Source: Octopus bimaculoides
Lineage: Eukaryota
Assembly (NCBI RefSeq): GCF_001194135.2
Contig: NC_068989.1
Coordinates: forward strand, 4,696,064-4,758,159
DNA length: 62,096 nt
Direction of reading: 5' to 3'
In this document: positions 52,346 to 62,096 of the stretch, one piece after another
Position numbering within the stretch: the stretch's first letter is position 1
How the letters are laid out: each line of letters starts with the position of its first letter
Made by a program: the position numbers and the translations under genes
The notes under the pieces: model-generated
Told to the model about the DNA's origin: nothing
What the model saw: only the letters and a program-made list of their open reading frames with translations
Databases searched by the model: none

Positions 52346-55134
52346 ATCGGCTTTTACTATATCTAGAGCAGCCTTCTATTGTTAAGATAGCTAGGTGTAA
52401 TTTGAGGGAAACTGGATGATATTTCTAGCAAGTTGAGTGAATGTATAGTGGTTTCCTCCTTGGCTTTTGTTGCTGTTGCTGATGTTTTTTTTTTTGCTCT
52501 GCTTGTACTCGTTATTTTCGGTGTTGTTCATGGTGGAGTTTTAGTGTTTGTTGTTGTTATTTCTATTGTTGCTACCTTTATATTTCACCCTCTACCACAA
52601 CTCCTATTAATCCCAAACCTTAAATCGTTTTAATAAGGCTTATTGTATTGTAGCAGGGGGCCAGATTAACACATTGCATCTGTGAGATTAAGCCGTTCGG
52701 AACTGGGCTGTGTTGTACAAATCAAACGGCAGCAGCATTAAGCAACTGAGCATTATGCAACTGACTGATGCTTGGAGTCGGTTGCATACATATGTGATGG
52801 AAATGGGTGGGATATGCATCGTGAGTTTAGTTGGTTGGGGGGGGGTGAGCCAATGAGGTTGGGGATATCTTTTATGGACAAGAAGGAGGAAACAGTTGTT
52901 GAGTTGGTGTTAGGTGGGGAGCAACTATTTTAGCAATATTGTTTCTTGTATGTGTGCTGTTTTCTGCATTTGTCATTTGTGTGTTTGCATATTTGTATCC
53001 ATGTGTCTCCATGTTTGTGTGAGTGTCATATAAATTTCATAATCGGTGTGCAATTGTGTGTATGCATGTGTGTGATTTGTGTTGCTACCTATATATATGC
53101 ATATTTCTATAATCTCCCAAGTCTGTTGTGTCTTTACAAATTAGTATGTAAATCAAAATATTCATGTGTATGCGTGTATTTATGAGATTAAAATTGGTTA
53201 GTTGGGTAGATGGTCTCTTAATGTCGGAAGCTTGTGCAAGCATTTATGTAAATGTGTATTTAAGTGTGTATACATGCTTTGCATGCAGGTGTATACATAT
53301 CAATGTATGCAGATGAAATGATTGTGAATTCAAATTGTATTGGTGCATAAACAGCAGTTTTTTCCATCATCATCGTTGCCTTCCTCATGTTTGTTTTGTT
53401 CTTTTTTATTCAAAATTATGCAAGATTGTAGTGAGATAAAGGTGCTGTTTTTGATGATGATGGGAGGCAGGTTTATACCATGTAGAATTTTGTACACAAA
53501 TATGGTTATTCAATGTTCTATTTATTTCTCTCTATTTTTCTCTATTTTATATATTTATATTTTACTATGTTATTATTATTGTTGTTGTTGATGTTTTTTG
53601 TGGTTTTACTTGCATGAATGCATTTTGTAAAGAGTTGCGCTGTAGGGTGTAAATATGTGTGCATGTTATATTTGGATGAGGGGTGTCTATGTATGTATGT
53701 ATGTGTGTTTGTGTTGATGGTTTTCAGGTGTGGATGTGTGAGTATATATATATGCATTATAGCAGTTGACTGGTATGTATGTACGCATGTTTAGTGTTTT
53801 GGATTTCCAAAATTATCTGCATATGCTTTTTATGGTTGTATGAATGTATATTTGTGTGAAAGTGTTGTATGAATAGTCTTCTGAATCAGCCTTTGTTGTG
53901 TGTGTGTGTGTGGGAGGTGTGGGGTGTGACATGTTTGTCTGTCATAATCCATGAACATTTGTGAATATGTGAGTATGTCTACAATCTCTCAAGTCTTATA
54001 TGTTTACAAATTGTCATGTAAATCAAAATATGTACATGTACTTCTATATATGTGAGTGCATATGTCAGTGTCTGCGTGTGTATGCATATATGTACATATA
54101 TATATATATTGCTGTATTTTGGGATGGACATTTTTATCTATTTATTTACTTATTTTTTGCGAAATAAACACATGCATCATATATTCATATATTCATTCTT
54201 CACTCGTTTATTACTGTTCTTATTTTATCTTGTGTCCATTGTCTGGAAATCTTTCATCACACATCTGTGACCTCTTCAGCAACACTTTCTGTCCTGAATG
54301 TTAGTGTTATTATTTTAATCCCCAGATCAGTGTTGCTCAAGCACACATATGATTGGAAGCTTTCTATCCATGACTACATTGTCTAGTTTTCAGGAATAGT
54401 ATGTCTAACACTACATTATTTCATCCTTTTGTCCTCAAGATGGTTGAGATTATAAATGTCTCTAGCAAGTTCAGCAGCCATATAGAGGTCCCACTTCTCT
54501 CATTGGCTTGTTCTTAATCAAAGCAGTATGGTACAGTGCTGTGCTAGTAGTGTCTATGTGTGCTGGCATAAGCAAACAAACTGGCTTTAAACAGTATTTT
54601 CTGTAAATGTATTTTTCAAGGTTTATATGTGTGTAGAGCAGTATAGAGTCTGCATGTGTGTGTGTGTGTGTGTGTGCGCACATGTATATACACACTGTGC
54701 ATGCATTTTTTGTATATGTATACCAACATAATTTACATACATACATACCTGCATACACACACATTAAACACACAAACCTGATGTGTGTATATGTATTTCT
54801 GTGTCTGTCTGTCTGTCTCTTTCTCTCTCTCTGCCTGTCTGCCTGCACTAAATTTCATCGGTGTAAGTCAGACTGTCTCTCCTGGGTGTTGCTAACATCT
54901 GTCTACAGTATGTCGTCTACTCCAGCAACATATGTCAACAATATACAATATACTCCGTCATCAGCATATGCAGTTACCTTCTAAAGATTTATCGTTGAGA
55001 TTTTACTGCCATTGTTTTTGGTAAGGTTTATTGTTTGTATACAATGTCTATAAATTTAATATAAACATAAATTCAAACATTCTTATAAGTTAAAGACTAC
55101 TTCATACCATTCCATGTACGATACAAAACTATAT

Positions 55135-55490
55135 TTATGGCTGTGTGGTTAAGAAGCTCACATTGCAACCGCATGGTTTTAGGATCAGGCACCTTTGGCA
55201 AGTATCTTTCTATAACCCCCCCCCCCTAGACTGACTCATACCTTGTGAGTGAATTTGGTTGTGGAAACTATGTGGAAGCCTGTCGTGTGTGTATGTGTGA
55301 TGTCTTTTTGTATGTTTTCTTTCCCCACTGCTTGACAGCTAGTGTTGGTTTGTTTACAGCTTTGTAACTTAGTGATTTGGTAAAAGAGGCCAGTTGTGTA
55401 AGTACTGCCATTGATTTCTTCAACTAAATCTTTCACGGTAGTGTCCCAGCATGGCTGCTGTCTAATGACTGAAACCAGTAAAAGGTAACC
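55135..55490 (+). mobile_element. SINE family C, near full length
   Basis: atggctgtgtggttaagaagc...ggcacctttggcaagtatctt...gcttgacagctagtgttgg...aatgactgaaaccagtaaaag. Confidence 0.8.
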
Positions 55491-55769
55491 AACCACACAC
55501 TCTTATAAATCACTTACCTTCACATTGGTTGACCTAAGCTTTGTAAGTGTATGTTGGTTAGATGAAAACTGTACTAGTGCATCCAATGGACTATACTTGT
55601 GACCCAGCCTGAGCAGCATAAAGGTGTGTGTTTGCGGAATACTCAGCCACTTAAATTATAGTTTATTGAGAAGTCAGTTCGGTTGACCAAATGACTGATA
55701 CTCATCATTAAAACTGCTGGTGATCCATTTAATTACGCTTTTTTTTTTTTTTCCATTTTTACTAATATA

Positions 55770-56215
55770 ACATCATCATTATTGTTTTAATGTCCACTTT
55801 TCCATGATTGCTTGGGTTAGATAGAATTTATTATAGCTTATTTTCTACACCCTGATGATTGTCCTGTCACTAACCCTCACCTCTTTTCAAGTAAGATGAT
55901 ATTTCCTCATGTCTAGACATGTTTCCACAGAAAATTAAATCATGAAAGACACCACTTCTATGACGGTGACACTTGCTTACAACAATCACAATATGCCAAG
56001 GCTTCAAGACACTAACTCAGTCACACACAAACATACACAAGCACACACACACACGCATATGTACAATGGGATTTTCTCAGTTTCTACCTTTTATATCTAC
56101 ATACAAGGCTTTGGTTGGCTTGGGGCTATAGCAGAAGACACTTGCCTAAAGTGCCTCACAGTGGAACTGAACCTAAAACCAAGTGGTTAGGAAACAAGCT
56201 TTTTAACCACACACC
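55770..56215 (-). mobile_element. SINE family C', full length
   Basis: Head at 56100-56215 (gaagacacttgcctaaagtgcc...aaccacacaccc), an (AC)n tract, and tail catcatcattattgttttaatgtccac. Confidence 0.8.
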
Positions 56216-56243
56216 CAATTGTGTCTGTGTATGTGTGTGACTG

Positions 56244-56280
<37 letters not shown>

Positions 56281-56299
56281 ATCAAAATCCATCACCTAG

Positions 56300-56910
56300 G
56301 GAGGCTGTAGATGCACAGTGGAAGACAGTCACCTCTCTGTTTTTCCCTGGTCATCAGTCAACCTTATGTTTTCCATCATATTCTTCCTTGTCCCTATCTT
56401 GATCTTTCTTAACTACTCCCTCTGTGGAATTCCTCTGCTTTTTTTTATTTGTTTTCCTGGAGGTGGAGCTAACCATATTTTCATGATGTTGGGTTTTGTG
56501 TTGCATAACCGCAACCACTTCATTGTCTGGCTTTTGGTAGAAGTAGAATTTCATGGTTTGTAATCTCCGCCAACAATTTATTTTGTAACGCTCTCATTAG
56601 TCCAATGTTCTCTATATAGAATGTGAAGCATCTTTCTAGAACATTTCATTTCAAAAACCATGATTTTTTTTTATTGCTTTCAGCATCTAACACCCATGAT
56701 GCAGTACACATAAAATGCAGCTGAAATTATTATTGCTTTCAAAAAACATTTTTTTTTTTTGTTTTGTTATTCTAAACTTTTGTTTTTCCAAACAAGGTCT
56801 AACATTGGTAAAGTCAGCCTTACTGCTGCAATCTTTCTTTGATCTTGCATCTTCCATTATTGTTCTTCCCAAATATTTAAATTCCTTAATTCCTTAACTT
56901 GTTTGCGCAT
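56300..56910 (-). mobile_element. Decayed RTE-clade LINE ORF fragment (second family)
   Basis: The minus strand gives frameshifted pieces FKYLGRTIMEDARSKKD and KIMVFEMKCSRKMLHILYREHWTNE. These match the FKYLG...FE.KC.R.ML.I...EH.TNE pattern downstream of the RT domain in RTE elements. Confidence 0.75.
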
Positions 56911-57214
56911 CTTCCCCCACTGTTTTGATAGATTGACTTGTCTTTTTCATTTTATTATCATGTTGATTTTTTTCAGCATTTCATTCCATTACATATCTTG
57001 GAGTTATCACTCTATCTGTCTACCTATCTACACACACACACACTCACACACACGTGCAAACATGCACATGTGCGCACACAAACATGCATTTGTGCACACT
57101 CAACTTACAAAACACAAATTCTAAATTATAATCAGAAAACATACTGACTGGTGTTAGAATTTCAATTCAAGAGGGAGTTAGTTTGCCTGTATCAAAGTAT
57201 ATACACATACATAT

Positions 57215-57360
57215 AGTCGCAGGTATGGTGTATGGTTAAGAAGCTTGTAACTGAATTCAAATCTAAGTAGTTAAGAAGCAATGTGTGACTCCTTGGGCAA
57301 GTATCTCCTACTATAATCCCATGCTGACTAAAGCTGTGTGAGTGGATTTCGTTAATAGAA
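57215..57360 (+). mobile_element. SINE family C head
   Basis: gcaggtatggtgtatggttaagaagc...ccttgggcaagtatctcctactata...gtgagtggattt. Confidence 0.7.
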
Positions 57361-57421
57361 AAAGAAAAAAAAAAGCTTATCATGTCCTCATCATCATCTT
57401 TTAACATCCATTTTCTGTGTA

Positions 57422-57470
<49 letters not shown>

Positions 57471-57599
57471 TTATAATCATCAATATATATATATATATTC
57501 ATATATTTATTTGTATTTCCTTGTCTTTACATCTCTTCATAATTGTGAATGAATATCATTGTCATACAAGCAGTATCATTCATTTCCAATATTCTGCAA

Positions 57600-57745
57600 A
57601 AATATCTCTGGCTGTGGGCAAATATAATCTTGCTTGGAAATGGCTTAGTGTTGGTGATGGGAAGGACATCCAGCCATAGAAAATCAGCCTCAGTAAACTC
57701 TGTCCAATACATGGAAAAAAAATAGAAGTTAAAATGATGATGATT
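57600..57745 (+). mobile_element. D/C'-tail fragment
   Basis: tgcttggaaatggcttagtgttggtgatgggaaggacatccagccatagaaaatcagcctc...ttaaaatgatgatg. Confidence 0.7.
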
Positions 57746-57865
57746 CACATACAGAGATACACAATTTTAATGGGTATGTATTTGTACACAAGAAGTTGAT
57801 TTTAGAAGTGAATTTGGTACAAAATAATGGAATCTATTGCTGTTAGTGTTTTTTTCTTCCCCAGC

Positions 57866-57901
<36 letters not shown>

Positions 57902-58492
57902 TATTTGCATCAAGGGCAACAGTGTCACAAATATTACATTACAATTCATTAATGCAATTAATATAAGGCAATATCACATCATGCAAATGAACCTATGTAT
58001 AAACTGGAGTATGAGATACATTTGTGTAGAAGTGTATGATAATAAATAAATTATATATATATATGAAAGTCTATTTGATAAATTTGATAAGTTCTATGTT
58101 AGCATTCTTCTGAAATCATGTTAAGAACCTTGATAACAAACTATCTTTCCTTATTGCTAAAAGAAAGGGCATTATATAACATATATATAAACACTTTCAG
58201 AAAAGAATACATATAGCAACAAAACTTCCACCTGAGGATATTAATATCTTCTCTTGTTGTATATTTACTTTCCTCTTTTGTGCTCCACTCTCCGCCATCA
58301 TCTTTATCTATAATTTCACATTCATAAATGCAGATACAATTGTTAGTTGCATGATTTTTATAGAATGATGCAGTTATTGAAGCTTTTATAAATATTATTC
58401 TTTTGTTTTTACTTTTACATATTTTGGAAGTGGGAATTGGGCTTTTTTTTTAGCTATTTATTTTTTTTTTTCAATCATCATCATAATATTGG

Positions 58493-59365
58493 TTTCAAAT
58501 TTTGGAACAAAGCCAGTAATTTTGGGGAATGGGGGTTTATTCAATTACATCAACCCCAATACTGGACTGGTATTTTGTCTTTCATCCTTTCAGGGTCAAT
58601 AAAATAAAGTTAACCTTTGCTGGATTTGAACTCAGAACATTAAGAGCCAAAAAAAAAAATATGCTGCTAAGCATTTTGTCTGATGTACATATAGCTGTGC
58701 ATTCTGCCATCTCACTGGCATTATCAGGGTTAGTCAGTTGAATGAACCCAATATTTTACTGGTGTTTTATTGAACCAGCAGCATTAACGGCAAAGCTGAC
58801 CTCAGTGAGATCTAAATTCAGAATGCTAAGAATTGAAAAAATATCATAAGGCTGACTGACACGTTAACACTTCTATCAATTCACCACTCCAATGGTTTCA
58901 AATTTTGCCACAAGGGCAGCAGTTTTTAGGAGAGGAGATGAGTTGATTACATGGACCCCAGTATTCAACTGGTACTTATTTTATTGACCCCAAAAATATG
59001 AAAGGCAAAGTTGTCCTCAGTGGAATTTGAACTCAGAACATAATGACAGATGAAATACCTATTTCTTTACTGCCCACAAGGGGTTATACACAGAGGGGAC
59101 AAACAAGGACAGACAAACAGATTAAGTCGATTATATCGACCCCAGTGCGTAACTGGTACTTATTTAATCGACCCCGAAAGGATGAAAGGCAAAGTCGACC
59201 TCGGCGGAATTTGAACTCAGAACGTAACGGCAGACGAAATACCGCTAAGCCTTTCGCCCGACGTGATAACGATTCTGGCAGCTCGCCGCCCTATGAAATA
59301 CCACTAAGATGAAATACCACTAAGCATTTTGCCTAGCATGCTAATAATTCTGCCAACTCGCCTTA
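58493..59365 (-). mobile_element. Second co-oriented SINE B cluster (3 old copies plus 1 nested young copy)
   Basis: B modules near 58540, 58760, 58950 and 59130. Confidence 0.85.
59060..59290 (-). mobile_element. Young, near-intact SINE B nested in an older SINE B
   Basis: The minus strand starts ggcggcgagctgccagaatcgttatc and has a B-box gagttcaaattcc. CpGs are retained. ATGAAATACC flanks it at 59050-59059 and 59293-59302. Confidence 0.9.
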
Positions 59366-59611
59366 ATAGTGCTAATAATAAGAAGAAGAATCCCCAGCTG
59401 CATCACTGTTACCCATAATTATTGTTTAAATTAAAGGGTAAAATGCCTAAACAAAATTGAAAGTGAAAAAAAATAAGGTCCAAGAATTCAGCATACTGGG
59501 CTAAAAGGGCTTACTATCACTGGTTTGGTACGATTGGCTAAAGTATTTATGATGGGGATATCTTTCTCCAGTTTTCAACTTCTCCCTTATCATGTTAAAC
59601 ATTTTAACCTC

Positions 59612-59646
<35 letters not shown>

Positions 59647-60142
59647 CTGAAGATGGGAGGGCCAGAGGAAATTTGCAATTAACTCCTTTAACCTCAATGT
59701 TCTGGAAGATTCTGTTAGAGCAGAGGGACTGCTTTTCTTTTCCATACTTCAAAGGAATGCCAATTAAGATTTCTGACTGGAAATGTAAATGTTTGCACTG
59801 GACTATTTAAGTGAATATTAATGTGAATATGTGAATGTATGCATTGTGTAAATGGCCTTATAACATTATATAGAATTTGAAGTAAGGTAGTGAAATAATA
59901 AGGTTTCATCTGGGAGCAGAAACCCAAACCCTACACTGAGATCTAATCTTGACCTTAACCCACCAAATTCTTACGACCTGCTATTCCTATATAAATAGCT
60001 TTTTCAAAGCTATCACATAGATGTGAATAGTTCAATGAATTCCCAGTATATTTTCCTGGAAATTAAATGTTAAGAGACATTCACTCTCAAACATGTGTGT
60101 GTGTGTGTGTGTAGTCCTAATCATGACTGTTTGTGTTTGAGG

Positions 60143-60177
<35 letters not shown>

Positions 60178-61750
60178 ATCACACATGCATGTGCACACAT
60201 ACTCATATACACTAAATTTATGGCTGAGTGAGAGTCAAGTTCTTTTGAAGAAGATCGACGGAAGTGTGATCAAAGTAAGCTACTAAGGTATATTTTCACT
60301 TTATTTGCACAATGGGCTTCTTACATTTCAGTGGAAAAGTTCTCTTTTTTGCTCTCTCTCTCTTTCTCTCTGCCCCCTCTCTTTTCCCTACTCCCTCTGC
60401 ATGTGCTCTTTCTTTTGAGAAGGTGATATTTAATCACGTATATACTCAAATATAAATTCACATACACATTTGTGTGTGCATGGTTTTGGTTTTAAGAAGG
60501 TGATAGGTGATTGCTTATGTGTATACAAACGTACATACATAGTGTGTGCACACGTGCCTGTGAGTATATGTGTATAGTCTTGATTTTAGTGGGTGATATT
60601 TAATTGCATAACATATGCAAATATGTATGTAGACACATCTGTATGTATAGTCCTGATTTTGTGAATATGACAATCACATAAGCTCACACAAATACATATA
60701 TCTTCATATAAAAAGACAAATATCTAAGTACATACAGACACAAATTATTGACAAGTATTGATATACAACAATACTCATACACGTGTATATGCACAACTAT
60801 ACTAAGAAATGTGCATGTAGAATTATGTGCACTCAAATGTATATGTACATATATGCAAACTGAGATGCATATAAATACATACACATATATATACATAGAG
60901 AGAGAAAGAAGAGTCAAACAAATCTTTAACAAGAGAAGACCCAATAGAAAATGAAGGATCGAATATTTTTATTCAGTAACTGAATTAGCCTTCTGCCATT
61001 TCTGTGCAACTATTAGTTGTAATGGACTAAAGGGTAATCCTACTAGCATCTATAGTGTGTGTTTGTGTGTGTGTGTGAGAGAGAGAGAGAATGCACATAC
61101 ATCCACAATCACGTAGATATCAAATGTTAACATAATCACGGATATGAATATAAAATAGCACCTATGTGTGTTTGTAATTTTGTGCACATGCATACAGACA
61201 CATCCATGCACACATTATGCATTTCTCTGTCGTATACATTTTTCTACTCCAGTTCATGTCATACCTTGTTCCATACCAGGGATCACATTTTTTAAATTCT
61301 TTTCTTAATAAGCCAATGTTTTGTTTTTTTTTAAATGTTTTTTCTTGGTAACAGTTTCAAACAAAAATAGAGATGAAATGTTATTTAATGTAATTTCAAT
61401 CACTCCACTTTCACCGAGGCCTTCTTCTTTTTAACTTGGTTAAAAGCTGTGCTTCATGTTTCAAGTTTGAAGAATTCTCTGCCAACCCAAACCCATAACA
61501 CCAAACCATCCACTACTCCACTTCCACTTCCACCTTTCACTCTTCTCTGAAATGCAAGGGCGTGGTTTATTTTCTTGTTTTGGCAAAGAGTAACAGTCAG
61601 GCTAAGCCAATCTGCCAATCTGTGTATTTAAGCTGAAATGATCCATGAAAATGTGCATCAAAACAATAAATAAATAAAAACAGTAGATAAATAAATATGT
61701 AAAGAAAATAAATCCTTTGATTTTTCACAACAACTTCTATCTCATTCCAG

Positions 61751-62096
61751 GGTGAAAAACTAGAGGTAGTCGATAGCTTCCGCTATCTGGGCGACCAAGT
61801 TAGTAGTGGGGGTGGGTGCGCTGAAAGTGTAGCTGCTAGAATAAGAATAGCCTGGGCAAAGTTTAGAGAGCTCTTACCCCTGCTGGCGACAAAGGGACTC
61901 TCACTCAGAGTAAAAGGCAGACTGTATGACGCATGCGTACGAACAACCATGCTACATGGCAGTGAAACATGGGCTGTAACTGCTGAGGACATACGTAAGC
62001 TCGCAAGGAATGAAGCCAGTATTCTCCGTTGGATGTGTAATGTCAATGTGAATACCCGTCAGAGTGTAAGTATCTTGAGAGAAAAGCTGAACATTA
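61751..62096 (+). mobile_element. 5'-truncated RTE-clade LINE with open frame running off the window end
   Basis: Stop-free translation GEKLEVVDSFRYLGDQVSSGGGCAESVAARIRIAWAKFRELLPLLATKGLSLRVKGRLYDACVRTTMLHGSETWAVTAEDIRKLARNEASILRWMCNVNVNTRQSVSILREKLNI. The F.YLG, LY..CVR..ML.GSETW and LRWMC motifs are typical of the RTE ORF after the RT core. Confidence 0.92.

Noticed and set aside
52654-52820. Segment bounded by tagcag| and |gtgagt with some CpGs
   Set aside because: All three frames hit stops. A non-coding exon or enhancer role cannot be supported from sequence alone.
54905-54985. Minus-strand peptide KVTAYADDGVYC containing a YADD RT-like motif
   Set aside because: The frame is short, closes at a stop soon after the motif, and has no other RT motifs around it. 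It is probably coincidence.
60230-60274. Possible exon ending AAA|gtaagc
   Set aside because: No polypyrimidine acceptor lies upstream and two frames are equally open.

Overview
This is an AT-rich, microsatellite-dense animal genomic window from a gapped draft assembly (7 N-runs). The repeat families and overall style point to an octopus (inference, not verified). I recognise no host protein-coding gene. Almost all track ORFs are artefacts of (CA)n/(TA)n/(GA)n repeats, low-complexity tracts or N gaps. The supportable content is transposon-derived: three tRNA-headed SINE families (labelled A, B, C/C' here), RTE-LINE fragments (one with an unbroken frame at 61751-62096), RTE-type 3' tails (D), hAT-, Tc1/mariner- and piggyBac-type MITEs, and an unclassified interspersed family (E). 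The best observation is a Penelope-like remnant at about 49.4 kb carrying an apparently intact minimal hammerhead ribozyme inside a 35-bp inverted repeat. A second notable signal is a CpG-rich to CpG-depleted switch near 19.3 kb, suggesting a methylated gene body whose exons I cannot firmly identify. I found no CRISPR array, rRNA, true tRNA gene or prokaryote-like system. Boundaries of decayed repeats are approximate (about +/-10-20 bp).
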